DNA from: Eledone cirrhosa
Lineage: Eukaryota
DNA: 64,000 bases
NCBI GenBank assembly: GCA_964016885.1
Contig: OZ024742.1
Span: 249,426,001-249,490,000, forward strand
Reading direction: 5' to 3'
Positions 28,976 through 44,740 of the stretch are shown here, in pieces. The translations under genes and the position numbers were made by a program. The notes under the pieces were generated by a model that searched no databases, was not told the origin of the DNA, and saw only the letters and a program-made list of their open reading frames with translations. How positions within the stretch are numbered: the stretch's first letter is position 1; each line of letters starts with the position of its first letter.

Positions 28976-29027
28976 TGTGAGGAAAGTATATACTTTCGGA
29001 CGTTCAACCATCTGGCAGAAAGGTATA

Positions 29028-29068
29028 CGGTGCTGACGATAGCTAATAAGTTTGAAACTAGTACATCG
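29028..29068 (+). ncRNA. Minimal type I hammerhead ribozyme
   Basis: cggtg CTGACGA tagc taataa gttt GAAAC ta GTA catcg. Confidence 0.75.
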
Positions 29069-29469
29069 TTCCTGTGTCAGTGTTGAACAAAAAGGTGACG
29101 TGGTTGCCTAAACACTGTACGGCGTAATTCAGGCTGTTTGTTTGTTTACAAACGAACAAACCGAGCATTATAATAAATGTTCGGTAAACTGATACGTGCA
29201 TATATATATGTGTGCCTGTATGTAGATATATACATGCTACTGTACGTCTGTATACATATATGTATGTACGTATACATACATACTTACATTTAAGTAAGTG
29301 CCGTACTAAGAGTGAGAAATGAAATTTCGTTTAATTCTATTCCATTTATCGTTTTCGGTGCGCCTGGCCGACTGAACTCACTCGATATGCAAATTAGGCT
29401 GCTCAGCCGTTAATTTTCATAAAGAAAGTATATACTTTCGGACGTTCAACCATCTGGCAGAAAGGTATA

Positions 29470-29510
29470 CGGTGCTGACGATAGCTAATAAGCTTGAAAC
29501 TAGTACATCG
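29470..29510 (+). ncRNA. Minimal type I hammerhead ribozyme
   Basis: cggtg CTGACGA tagc taataa gctt GAAAC ta GTA catcg; palindromic ACTAGT stem III. Confidence 0.8.
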
Positions 29511-29728
29511 TTCCTGTGTCAGTGTTGAACAAAAAGGTGACGTGGTTGCCTAAACACTGTACGGCGTAATTCAGGCTGTTTGTTTGTTTACAAGCGAACA
29601 AACCGAGCATTATAATAAATGTTCGGTAAACTGATACGTGCATATATATATATGTGTGCCTGTATGTATATATATACATGCTACTGTACGTCTGTATACA
29701 TATATGTATGTACGTATACATACATACT

Positions 29729-29839
<111 letters not shown>

Positions 29840-29840
29840 G

Positions 29841-29871
<31 letters not shown>

Positions 29872-30710
29872 CCAAAATTAAGATAAATTAAATGAATTTA
29901 ATCCAAATCGAAATTGTGGGTGTCATGCCATAACGGCGTGCGCCATATCGCCTGGAAATAAGCTCAAAGATATGTCCGAGCATTTTATAATAACTAGAAA
30001 TTGATTAACATATAAATATACATGAATAATCACAGGAGATAATTTTACAAGCGTGTGACCACGCATGGCTAGTTGGGTAATAAATAAATATATACCTTTA
30101 AGTATGATTAACCTTCCTTGTATATATCCCATTAAAGAAATGTGTTTCACCAATTAATGAGATAGTAAGTCACGGAAAGTATATATTATTGGATTGTCAA
30201 CAAGGAAGAATAATGTCCAGCGATCCATGATCACACAGCGAATTCAAACCCTCATCTGGCCGCTACCACGTGTTGTGTCTACACATCACAGCAGCTTCGT
30301 TTCAGTGGTGTGAATAGGTATTCGACAACTAGAAATAGCAGTCAAATTCCCTTCAACAGAAATAGCTCTACAATTAAGGAGCCGTATTTATATATCTATA
30401 CCCAAAATTAAGATAAATTAAATGAATTTAATCCAAATCGAAATTGTGGGTGTCATGCCATAACAGCGTGCGCCATATCGCCTGGAAATAAGCTCAAAGA
30501 TATGTCCGAGCATTTTATAATAACTAGAAATTGATTAACATATAAATATACATGAATAATCACAGGAGATAATTTTTACAAGCATGGCTAGTTGGGTAAT
30601 AAATAAATATATATCTTTAAGTATGATTAACCTTCTTTGTATATATCCCATTAAAGAAATGTATTTCACCAATTAATGAGATGGTAAGTCACGGAAAGTG
30701 GATGTTATTA
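29872..30710 (+). repeat. Direct repeat of ~310 bp, period ~530 bp
   Basis: ccaaaattaagataaattaaatgaatttaatccaaatcg at 29872 and 30402. Confidence 0.85.
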
Positions 30711-30722
30711 TGTATATATAGT

Positions 30723-30838
<116 letters not shown>

Positions 30839-30852
30839 GTATATATAGTTAT

Positions 30853-30915
<63 letters not shown>

Positions 30916-31012
30916 AATATATATATATATGTATATATAGTTATTATGTATATATATATATATATATATTATGAAAGTAAAACAAAGAAGCCTTCAATAC
31001 ATCAAAACTCTT

Positions 31013-31058
31013 TATTAGCCAACAATGTTTCGTCCTATTAAGGACTCATCAGGGCAAT
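31013..31058 (-). ncRNA. Minimal type I hammerhead ribozyme
   Basis: Reverse complement: attgcc CTGATGA gtcc ttaata ggac GAAAC att GTT ggc. Confidence 0.8.
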
Positions 31059-32757
31059 TAAAACAACAAGAAGTATTATCGGCCAATACAAGCCGAAAAC
31101 TCCGAAGAATATGGAGTGTACATACACTAAAGTATTGCAAGATTATGGGTAAAAATATATAATAAAAATCACTAACATTTTGAACCATATTACAAATATA
31201 GTCCAAAGCAAAAAAACCTAGAGCTAAACAAAGGTGGTTATATAGAGCGGGAATTATATATAATACCATATAATATAATATAATATACCTGTAACAATAT
31301 TAAAATTACAATAAAAATTAAAAGGTACAATATACATATGTATATATGTACGCACACGTACGCACACATACACATACATCAATACACATATCCATCTTCA
31401 ACAGCACAAATTAAACCTTATTAAGAGTTTAAATATAAATAAGCATGATAGGAATAAAAATAATAATAATAATAATAATACGTATATCTAATATACATGA
31501 GGTAATAATATGATATGATTATAAGTATAAGTAGCACATATAATATATAATAAACTATACAATTATATACTATATAATATAATATAATAGATAAACTCCA
31601 GTTAATTTACACAAACAATATAGGTGTCACAATAATACTATAATAATAATATAATAACATATATAATATATAATATATATATATAATGGCATGCAAGTTA
31701 ACAAATCAATTCATATAGAGTTACAGAGTAGGTGAGAAAAAATATAAATTGTAAAATACCTAAAATTATGATGGTACAAAAATATAAACATCTTACATGA
31801 TATATAAAGTTTAACATATCACAATGGTACATATAATCAACGGTAAGTAATAAGGATCGATAGTACAATAACAAATACAATATAAAATAATTAACATAAT
31901 ATAATATATAATTATTTATAATTACAAGGTTGGTAAACTGACATATATGTGGATGAGTGAGTAAGGGCCAGACAGTAAATAGAATGCACAGTAGTATTAA
32001 TAAATAAAAAAATAGAATCAACCGGAAATTAAAAAACAAAAACAAAAGTAAAAGTATGTACTTAGGTCTCACATGCAGTTAAGTAAAAACTTAGGAAACA
32101 ACCCCGGTAAATGACTCGAAAACCCTATTTGATAAATTAATATTTAAAATATTTAAAATATCTAATAAGGCATTACAATATTAGCTATGGTTTAAGTAAT
32201 CAAAATTTATAAACGTTAATATTTCACTACAAATACATATATAAAGGGATGAAATTTTCTACTATCATTTACATAAAGATATCTAAAAAACTGACTTAAG
32301 CAGAATTATGGTAGGCTAATAGGGACAGAACAAAAGAAATGTATGGAGGATACAAAGGAGCATAATTCATAGTCAATATACTATATTAAATAATAGAAAG
32401 GAGCGTAAAAGAGGGGGGGGGGTTAAATATAATCAAAATCTATTTGGAGGGGTTGACAATAAGTTTATGTGCGCATGTGGGGGAGGGGGGGGGGGGGTTA
32501 TCCAAAGAAGAATCCAAATAAAATAAAATAAAATAAGATGAAATAAAATAAAATAATGTAAAATATCTAATCAGATATATACTCATAAGGTGTTAATAGT
32601 GAAAATTTAATGCGTAAGAAGATAGATATGGTATAGTAGCCAAAAGATTGTGAGAGCTAGAATAAAAAGTTGTCAAAAACCAACGATAATAATGATGATA
32701 ATAATGGTGGTAAACAAAAAGAACCTAAACTAAAAAATAAGTAATGGAATATATCAG

Positions 32758-33470
32758 CTAATGGATACAATTTATACTACTAGAATCTTTAGGTTTATAA
32801 TAAAAGTAAGAATTAGAAATAGCGTGGGGGCAAGAAGAGAATATCTCAGACTTTCTATTAAGTAAGGATTCGCTAGAGAAAATTATAGAGTGTGTCTCGA
32901 GGATACAGAGATTACAAAATTTAGTATGTGTAGAAAGGTTATTAGAGCGTGCTACTAAACGCCAATTAAGGCTATATGGTATATTAGCCCCCTTAAGATC
33001 CCAGATATAGTGTGCTAAAGAAGTAGAATTCTTAAAGTTAACGTGTTTGAAATTAGAGATATGAGAATTAAACCTAGTCTTAAAAGTGTTAGAAGTAGAG
33101 CCTATATAAGTTCTATTAGAGGAATTAGTTATAACTACGCAAGCATAGACGATGTTCTTAGAGAGGCAGTTACCGTTTAAAGGGCAGTTAGCACTCACTC
33201 TACAGTTACACTTCCGGGTACTATTGGTTGGCTGAAGTGGTGATGCATTACACGTAGGATTGCTATTAGATAAGGTCTGTTCTGGTGGTAAGGCATTTCC
33301 AGATCTGTTCAGACTAGTAGTATGTAGAGAGGAGAATCCATCCCTAATTTTCCTATTGTTAGTGCTAGCTAAATGAGAACTAATATTAGGGATGGTAGAG
33401 AATGAAAGTTTAATAACATTTTTATTAAAAATACTATGGTATTTATGAGAAGGGGGAAAGGGGGAGGGGG
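32758..33470 (-). pseudogene. PLE linker plus GIY-YIG endonuclease (Naiad-like)
   Basis: CNCRVSANCPLNGNCLSKNIVY...YIGSTSNTFKTRFNSHISNF...TSLAHYIWDLK...CNLCILE...LNRKSEIFSSCPH; upstream FPPSHKYHSIFNKNVIKLSFSTIPNI. Confidence 0.85.
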
Positions 33471-33509
33471 GAAATGTTTCTCTAAGATAATACTTCTTGT
33501 TGTTTTAAT

Positions 33510-33550
33510 TTCCCTGATGAGTCCTTAATACGACGAAACATTGTTGGCTA
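33510..33550 (+). ncRNA. Hammerhead ribozyme motif (inverted twin of 31013-31058)
   Basis: CTGATGA gtcc ttaata cgac GAAAC att GTT ggc. Confidence 0.7.
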
Positions 33551-34242
33551 ATAAAGACTTTTGATGTATTGAAGGCTTCTTTGTTTTACTTTCATAATTC
33601 TTCGGCTCTGTTTAATTACATTGAGCTATACCTTTTACTGTCATTTCTATAGTACGAAGAGGGTGTTTAACTCCAACACGCTCCAGTATTTTAATCCTTA
33701 TATATATATATATATGTATGTATAAATATATATATATATATGTATGTATATATATATATATATATAAATATATATATATATGTGTGTGTGTGGGGGGGGG
33801 GGAATGTGTCTGTTGACACCTGGAATATAGCTTAAGAGAAACATGACAATAATGATATGATAGGCACCCAATATTTTGAACTTGTTTATAGAATTCTCTT
33901 GGCCTTTGTCACTCTATGTAGAGTTTTAAAGAATTAGCTTTTAAAGAATTTCCCTTTACTTTAAATCCATCAACCATGAGCGACCCCCAACGATCTTATA
34001 GACACCTGAAATATAGGCATTGTTAGCCTAAGAGAAACTTAAAAATAAGGAGTGGCTCCCCAATCTGAAATTGTTTATAGAATTCTTTCTGCCTTTGTCA
34101 TTCTAATTATAAATTATAGCCTTAAAGAATTAGCTTTTAATGAATTCCCTTTTGTTTCAACCAATGACCTCACCCAATCCACTCTCCACCCTCTCCCACC
34201 ACCTGAAAAGATATAAATACCACAACATTTATTTTGGAAAGC

Positions 34243-34295
34243 CAGATTCCTGATGATTTCTAAAGAATGAAACAGTTCTAGTCCTGTAGAATCTG
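34243..34295 (+). ncRNA. Type I hammerhead ribozyme with full stems
   Basis: cagattc CTGATGA tttc taaa gaat GAAACAG ttctagtc CTGTA gaatctg; 7-bp stem I, 4-bp stem III, GUA site. Confidence 0.85.
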
Positions 34296-34381
34296 ATCGA
34301 TATTAAAACTGTTATACTCTGGTATGTATTGAGTACCTTACCTACTGTGGGTACCTCTCCGATTCAAACCGGAATAACTTA

Positions 34382-34473
<92 letters not shown>

Positions 34474-34625
34474 TATATAGGCAATTATTCCATTTACCAG
34501 TGGTTTCTTAAAAGCAAAAGATTTTGCTTTCAATCATCAGAATGAAAAAATCCTGGTCTGTTTATTGAATTTGGATTTTAAAAACAAAAATGCAATCTAT
34601 ATGAAAATAAAATAAAAACACACAT

Positions 34626-34656
<31 letters not shown>

Positions 34657-34667
34657 AATGCATACAT

Positions 34668-34711
<44 letters not shown>

Positions 34712-34914
34712 ACAATCATACATACACACACACATATACACATATATATGTGTATATATATACACACATACACATACATATACACATACATCCATACACA
34801 TAAATATCAACACATCCATACATACACATACATATATACAACCACACACACATATATACACACATATGCCCCGCATTGAGAACCTTTGTTCTAGAGCCTG
34901 ACAATATAGAAATA

Positions 34915-35103
34915 TAATTGTTTCTACGTTTGGCATAGGCCAGCATTCATCCAAGTGCATTACTGGTACTTTATTTTATCAACCCCGTAAGGATCAAAGC
35001 AAAGTTAACCTTGGCGGGATTCGAACTCCGAACGTAAAGGGCTATAACTCTATGCTGCCAAGCATGGTGTCCGATGCTCTACCGATACTGCCACTCCACC
35101 GCC
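34915..35103 (-). mobile_element. OR-like SINE with 18-bp TSD
   Basis: Reverse consensus; acaatatagaaatataat at 34901-34918 and 35104-35121. Confidence 0.85.
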
Positions 35104-36069
35104 ACAATATAGAAATATAATGTAGTTTTGTTATTCTTGCGCAGGTTTTATATTCTCATTTGGGTAATGATGTTAATTAGAATCAATCTTTCAGGATTAA
35201 TTTTGAAATTCCATATTTTGAACACCCTTTCTACTTTTCAATGTAAATTTGACGAATTTCAATCGTATCATACTAGTAAGCGACGAAAACCATTACATTT
35301 TCTCAATGTTGATAAATTTAAACAACTTTGTTTAGATTACTTCTTGTCGTTCCTTCTATCCTGCTGTGTATAACGTGGTTCGTACGTCTTCCTGTCCAAC
35401 TATACTTTCCTTCCACCGACCGTGTTTTGTAAAAAGAAGAGTTTCCTATCACCCAGCACCTACAGTTGCTGTGCTAAAAAAAAAATCTGTTCGTATAATT
35501 TGCTGTCCACCTACAACTTTCACCCTTCATGTTGAGTTATTCTGTCCCCACACCTCTTTCCATTATGTTCTGTAAAACATAGCCACATGCTTTTCGTTCC
35601 ATCAAGACTTTCCTAGCAAGGTTTGATGCCTGTTAAAAAACATTTTCAGTATGAAATGTGTCTTATTTTATTATCCTGCTGGTATCTTCCTGTTCATGGA
35701 CAGATGTCGCTACTGTCGCTGCTGAATGTCAGTACAATGTCGATAGGGTTGGAAGTAAAAGTGAAAAGAATGAGTCAGATCAAAGATGTAATGCACTCAA
35801 CATTGTTTCTGTGAAACAACAGCTGCAGTGAACCCCCTGCAATATTTCTGCACAAAATGTGACTTGGCACACTTAGACCGCAGCACGTTTATCATCACAT
35901 CTCTACACCATAAATGATCCATCAGAAACCAACTGTGATTTCCCTCAGTCACACAACTAGAGACCCCACCGTTATCCTAGTTGAAATATTTCTATCATCT
36001 TTCAGCACACACACACACATATATATATACATATATATATATATACATATATATATATACATAAATATA

Positions 36070-36187
<118 letters not shown>

Positions 36188-36188
36188 C

Positions 36189-36454
<266 letters not shown>

Positions 36455-36565
36455 TATGCTTATTATATAAGTATATAAGTAAATGTGTATACATGTATAT
36501 ATGTATACCTATATACATGCCTATCATATATAAACACACCCATACACAAGTATATCTATATATAG

Positions 36566-36624
<59 letters not shown>

Positions 36625-36662
36625 CGTGGGTGACCTTTACTTTTTTATTTCTGATTGCTCTT

Positions 36663-36909
<247 letters not shown>

Positions 36910-37095
36910 CTGTGTGTGTGTGTATAAATGTATATATAAGAGCTTCTACAGGACTATACTTACTGTGGTTACCTCCGATTCAACCCGGAATGACTTATAT
37001 ATATATATATATCACCCCCACCTCCCACTCTCAAGAGCGTGAAACTAATAAACCTTTGTTTGTACTGCCCCTCTGTTTTGTTCTCGTTCCATTTT

Positions 37096-37161
<66 letters not shown>

Positions 37162-37167
37162 TGTGCT

Positions 37168-37198
<31 letters not shown>

Positions 37199-37210
37199 AT
37201 ATATGTGTGC

Positions 37211-37265
<55 letters not shown>

Positions 37266-37309
37266 TATATGGAGGAAGTTATAGTTCACTTGAAGCATTG
37301 TGTAATGAG

Positions 37310-38070
<761 letters not shown>

Positions 38071-38082
38071 CCATGACCAGTA

Positions 38083-38120
38083 GGAGCTGAAGATCCGCTA
38101 AGGTGAAACAATTGTTCTCG
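38083..38120 (+). ncRNA. Minimal hammerhead ribozyme
   Basis: gag CTGAAGA tcc gctaa ggt GAAAC aatt GTT ctc; ~85-bp element between (TA)n tracts. Confidence 0.75.
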
Positions 38121-38617
38121 GTCGGTATAGTGAACTAACTCTTGTGTTACCACTTATATATATATATATATACATTTTTTATCTTTATTCTTATTTTCAC
38201 TTTTATCCTCCTTTATATTTTACCTTATTCTTACTTTTATACCTTATTATAGTGTAATCTTCCCCATGCCTTATTATACATTATTAATTATAGATTATTA
38301 TTATTACTCTTTTTCCATTTCTAATTACCTCATGTACTTTACCCTCCGTTATATATATATATTGTATGCCCTTTGTGTTTGTGTAGCCTCTGCACACCCT
38401 CTGCACCCTACTATCGACGCCACCCCATCTATGGTTCAGCTAACCACTCGAATCCCGGGAATGAATATGACCGCAGCTAGTAAACAAGGACCCACACTCC
38501 ACCCTCCCGCACCAAAATTAGACTTATCGTCCCCTACTTTTGCTCTTAACTCTCTTTACTCTTTGTTCTTGAATGTTTGGTTGGTAGAGTCCATAACACC
38601 AATCAAACCCCTTTTAT

Positions 38618-38666
38618 AGCTCTGACGAATGATTACGGTTACGTAAGGAAGAAACATTGTAAGCCA
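38618..38666 (+). ncRNA. Hammerhead motif related to the 33514 family
   Basis: gct CTGACGA atga ttacg gtta cgtaa ggaa GAAAC att GTA agc caataaaa. Confidence 0.6.
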
Positions 38667-38709
38667 ATAAAAATCTTTTGATGTTGTAGACGCTCTTGTG
38701 TTCTTTATC

Positions 38710-38881
<172 letters not shown>

Positions 38882-38904
38882 ATATGTATATATATATGTA
38901 TATG

Positions 38905-38979
<75 letters not shown>

Positions 38980-38983
38980 TTGA

Positions 38984-39934
38984 ACGGAAAAAATGAAACG
39001 AAATTTCATTTCCCACTCTTAGTACGGTTGTTACTTAAATATAAGTATCTACACGCACATACATATATGTATACAGACGTACAGTAGTATGTATATATAT
39101 ATACATACATGCACACATATATATATGTACGTATGGATTCACCGAACATTTATTATAATGCTCGATGTGTTTGTAAACAAACATCCCGTATTAAGCCGTA
39201 GTGTCTAGCAACCATCGTTGCTCGTTTGATCAACACTGACAAAGGAACGCTGTACTAGTTTCAAGCTTATTAGCTATGGTCAGCAACGTATACCTTCCTG
39301 CCAGATTGTTGAACGTGTATACTTACCTTATGCATATTAACGGCTGAGTAGCCCAATTTACATATCGAGTGGGTTAATCGGCCGGGTGCACCGAAAACGA
39401 TAAACGGAAAAAATGAAACGAAATTTCATTTCCCACTCTTAGTACGGCTGTTACTTAAATATAAGTATGTACACGTACATACATATATGTATACAGACAT
39501 ACAGTAGTATGTATATATATATACATACATGCACACATATATATATGTACGTATGGATTCACCGAACATTTATTATAATGCTCGATGTGTGTGTAAACAA
39601 ACATCCCGTATTAAGCTGTAGTGTCTAGCCGTTAATATGCATAAGGTAAGTATATACGTTCAACAATCTGGCAGGAAGGTATACGTTGCTGACCATAGCT
39701 AATAAGCTTGAAACTAGTACAGCGTTCCTTTGTCAGTGTTGATCAAACGAGCAACGATGGTTGGTTGCTAGACACTACGGCTTAATACGGGATGTTTGTT
39801 TACAAACACATCGTGCATTATAATAAATGTTCGGTGAATCCATACGTACATATATATATATGTGTGCATGTATGTATATATATATACATACTACTGTACG
39901 TCTGTATACATATATGCATGTACGTGTACATACT

Positions 39935-39935
<1 letters not shown>
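38984..39935. repeat. Tandem plus inverted copies of the 442-bp HHR family
   Basis: Minus-strand unit 38984-39403, partial 39404-39628, inverted copy 39629-39935; cores read CTGACCA (G8 to C) at 39689 and ~39277-39283. Confidence 0.85.
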
Positions 39936-39973
<38 letters not shown>

Positions 39974-40298
39974 TAGGTATAGGATTATCCAAGATGTAGT
40001 GATGGTTAATTACTACACTGGATATGGTTGACGTACGGTAAGAGGTTACTCTACGAGTTATGGAAGAATTGTTCAAGAAATTTAGTTCCTGATCCTTCAG
40101 TATTCCGGAGTGTATATAAAGAATGAATAATAACAGGTAGACATCATAAAAAGGGAGTTTATTCCGCGTGCTTACAAGTGTTTCCACGGTGGTACTGCAG
40201 CCTAGTTCCGCTACGTGCAAATTCACAAGTATTTGCAGAACTCGAATATCCAATGCTGTGACCACTGTTTCCTCAGTAAGGATGAAAGGCAAAGTCAA

Positions 40299-40498
<200 letters not shown>

Positions 40499-40577
40499 GC
40501 ACAAACATATATATGGCTTAAAGAGGCTTTTTGCATAATTGCAAACGAATCGAATATTATTATTATCAATATTCGAT

Positions 40578-40770
40578 AGGGCGGTGGATTGGCAGTATCG
40601 GTAGAGGCTCGGGCGCCATGCTTTCCAGCATAGTTACGTCCCTTTACTATCTGAGTTCAAATCCCGCCGAGGTTGACTTTGCCTTTCATCCTTACGGGGT
40701 CGATACAATAAAGTACCAGTAATGCACTGGGTAATTGCTGGCCTTGTGCCTAAAGTAGAAACAATTATTA
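40578..40770 (+). mobile_element. OR-like SINE
   Basis: Full consensus; TSD-like ttattat(c/t)aatattcga. Confidence 0.85.
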
Positions 40771-41174
40771 TTAATATTCGAAAATCTCAGATTTACATTT
40801 CTTGTATTCGGCCATGTAGAGCAATACAAATATTTGTTAGTTTGTCATATTCATGAAATTGTCTGGCCTATCTGCTGACATGCAAATCTGACTGATCAGT
40901 GGGTCTGCTAATATGCAGTTCTGACTTATTAGGTAGTCTACTGATCAGGTCGATCAGTCATGGTATATTCCAGAATATATCATATATTTCCTCTAGCTCT
41001 TACAGTTGACAGGTAAGTAGTATACCGTACTGATGAAGAAACATTACTGTCTGTCATTCTGTTTATATGCCAATACAAGAGCAACAATGAAGGCTTCATT
41101 CTACTCACATGGCTTAAAGAGACCGTTTGCATATTTGCAAACGAATGTAATATTATTATTAATAATCGAAAATT

Positions 41175-41320
41175 GTTCAAATCTCGCCGAGGTTTACTTT
41201 GCCTTTCATCTTTATGGGGTCGATAAAATAAAGTACAAGTCACGCACTGGGTTCGATTTAATCGACTTTCCTCTCTCCCCAAATTACTGGCCTTGTGCTT
41301 ATATAAGAAACCATTATTAA
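41175..41320 (+). mobile_element. OR-like SINE, 5'-truncated, in a duplicated context (40510-40830 similar to 41108-41380)
   Basis: gttcaaatctcgccgaggtttactttgcctttcatc; flanks match those of the 40578 copy. Confidence 0.75.
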
Positions 41321-43269
41321 TAATCGAAAAACTCAGATTTATGTTTCTTGTATTTAGCCATGTAGAGCGATCAAACTATTTCTTATATATATATACATAT
41401 TTCATACATGGGCTTATGATAGTTCAGGCACATATCAATATCAGATGTTACACATATGTATAAGTGGGCCAATGATAGACTAACTGCAACGTCATTAGGT
41501 GTAAAAAAGAAACCGGGTGGCAAGAGCTGGTGTAGTTTACATCATTATTTGCTCCATCAGATATTGCATAAAGGAAATGTACATGATGATGATGGCATAG
41601 AGGGAATTCCACAAGTTTGCATTTCAGAGGAGGTTTAAGTGGTATTTCATTGATAGTGGAGAGGTGTCATCATAAAAAAGAAACATGAAATGAAGCGTCT
41701 TGCACAAGAATGCAATGTACAGGAATTAAAGCCACGGCCTTATGATCGTGTGTTCAACACACTAACCATAAAGTCATGCAAAATACTGAATACATGTCAT
41801 TGCTTATGAAGAGAATAATGATGTAAAAGCTTCTACCATAAAAGGAGCTACCAAAACATTGTGAGTTAGATTTGGCAGAAGGAATCTATGACTTTTAAGA
41901 ATAACATAACGTCATCCAATTCAATACATGACTAGTGGTTTAGTTTTTCAGCCATGTAAAGATGCAAAGATATTCACAATACTGACAATATTTGAATTCC
42001 TAATGTATGTAAAAGGACGTAATTAAGCAACCGTTGGTGTCTTTCTGTACCATGTTTTAGCGGTACAAAGATGATGTTGCTTATGTCGAAACATGTGATG
42101 GGAAAATAACTTGTTATTGAATATTTAGAAAAGATAACTGGAGCTTCTACGAAAGAGCTAATATATTTAGTCGTGGCTTTAACACTGCGAATACACTAGT
42201 GTCCTCTCCAAGGGGAAGTCTTGTACTCTCAGTCACGCAACAGAAACCATGATAGCACCGGCCTGATGAGCCTTCAGACTCGAGACAGACTTTAGATTTT
42301 AAAGGTGATATATAAAGATAACTATGGTGGCGCACAATTTGTTTCAGTATAAAACTGTTTTGACAATATGACATCTTTTTTAAAAGGCAAAGCACGCCTG
42401 TTTTCGTTTCATTATAAAACTGACGAAGAATTAAAATATATACGAAACAAAATGATCATACAGTTGCACGGCGAGCTGAAGATCACAAGTTGTTGAAATA
42501 CTGACAAATTCCTGATAGGTTTCTTATTGAATCTATAGTGGTGGGAACTTTTGACGTCCTTTATTCACAAACTATCTGCCTACTTACTGTTACGGAAGAA
42601 TGTGACAATTGGTTAATTTTCTTTCAAGGTCTATCACTAATATCCCTTCAAAAGTGTATAATACAATAAAAATTCAATATTTTGTATTTATTGTAACTTT
42701 GGCTGGGTTAATTTTCAGTTAAATTCCCCACTTCAGAGAAATTCCTGAAAACAGTGAAGGGTTACGAATTCAGAGGAGCAGCATTGCCGTGCACTGTGAT
42801 ACAGAATCTCTCTGTACCCTTAACTGCGTTAAGGGTACAGCAGACTCAGTCACTTACACAATGGTTTCATGAGTTGGCAGTTCTGTTGATCGACCAACTG
42901 TAACACTTGTCGTCAAAACCTCATGAGGTTCATTCCATTAATATGGAACACAAAGACACGATAGTGAAGTATATCCTGGACTCGTCCTTACACTAAACAT
43001 TTACGTTGTTGCTAGTTTGCTCTGCTGTATCGTGTGAACAGGGGATATCTAGTGATTATTTTCTGGTTGAGCATTGAGCAGCGCTAACGGGCAATGATAT
43101 TTGCTGTTAGTGTTGTTTTATTAATGGTGTATTTCTGGCGGCGGTGGTTATAGTAATTTGTTTGTATCAGTGTATCAGTACTTCTATTTGCGGGGGTGCT
43201 TTCGTAGTGCTGATGGGGTGGTTGTGGGTGGCCGTAGTGGCATGCATATACTTACTAGTAGTCGTAGTG

Positions 43270-43285
43270 TAGGTCGTGGTGGTGT

Positions 43286-43338
<53 letters not shown>

Positions 43339-43377
43339 CAGGTAGTGGTGGTGGTGGTGGTGGTAGTTGTAGTACTC

Positions 43378-43408
<31 letters not shown>

Positions 43409-44708
43409 CAGTAGTAGTAGTATCTACGGCTGTTTTTAGACAACAATATAGTTCATATTAAACAAGGGTATCTGCAGTGTTGGTGAAGTTGTTGATGTTG
43501 GTGGTGGTACACTTATTGGTGTTGTTGTCAGTGCTGCTGTTGCTGGTGGTGGTATTGTTGATGTTGATGATGTTGTTGGTGGCGATGGTGGTATTGTTGT
43601 TGTTGGTGGTGGTGGTGGTGGTGTTGGTGGTAGTGTTGTAAATGCCGATGTTGTTGTTGGTATTGGTGATGTTGTTGTTGGTGGTGGTGGTGGTGGTGGT
43701 GGTGGTATTGCAGTTATTGGTGGTAGTGATTTATTGTGGCACAGCGGGGTTAAACACCACATATTGTGCAGCAGCGACTAAAACTGGTGCCCTGGCACGC
43801 TCCAAGAATCGCTGTTTACACATCGTCATAGTTAGTTCCTTTGATGTCTGTTGAATCAGCCGCAATCAATTGCTGACGGCGCTGCTTCTATTCGTACCCA
43901 GAGACCGCCTAACAGATGTAGTATCCACGCCTACTATCACCCTCTATACCATACCTTCTCTCACTTACCGTATTACTCGCCCTCTCTCTCTCTCTCTCGC
44001 TCTTTATTTTTCTCTCTCGCTTTCTCTCTCACCTTTCCTCAATCTCTCATTCAGGTTCTACCCCCTCTCTTTCTCTCTTTACCTCTTTCATTTCTCCATT
44101 CCCTCTCTCCTTCCCGCTTTCTGAAAACCCCGCTTTCTCTCTCTGTATGTACCCTCCAGTATATATATATGTATCTCGCCGCAGGAGCAGTCGATTTGAT
44201 TAAATAGTAAAGCATTACCACCACCACCACCATACCAATAGCAACACCATTCTCATCACTACCATTACTATCAACACAAAACAACCAACAACACCATTAC
44301 CACTAACCACCACCACAACAAACATCATAACAACCGGTACCACCACCACCACCACCACCACCACCACCACCACCACCACCATACCAACAGCAACACCATT
44401 CTCATCACTACCATTACTATCAACACAAACAACAATAACATAGTCATAATCACCACCACAACCAACAGCACCATTTCCACTAACCACCTCCACAACAAAC
44501 ATCATAACAACCGGTGCCACCACCACCAGCTCAACCACAACCCACACCACAGACATCACCTCTACATCGATCACCACCACCAACACCACCATCATCATCG
44601 TTACCACTGTTACGCTGCCATAATTCACTCATCTTCAGACACAACCAATAGATTTTCTAACCAACTCAATTATTTTTGTGGATCTTCTTCTTCTTCTTCT
44701 TCTTCTTC

Positions 44709-44740
<32 letters not shown>

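Larger units (their letters stand above)
28980..29720 (+). repeat. Tandem 442-bp HHR-containing units (retrozyme or PLE pseudo-LTR-like)
   Basis: gaaagtatatactttcggacg at ~28982 and ~29425; HHR cores at 29033 and 29475. Confidence 0.85.
30971..33700 (-). mobile_element. 5'-truncated PLE with inverted terminal repeat
   Basis: GIY-YIG ORF on the minus strand; 30971-31080 is the reverse complement of 33485-33595; (TA)n at both ends. Confidence 0.85.

Noticed and set aside
41025-41050. ctgatgaagaaacatt as an HHR
   Set aside because: No stem II or valid stem III; chance match or deleted remnant
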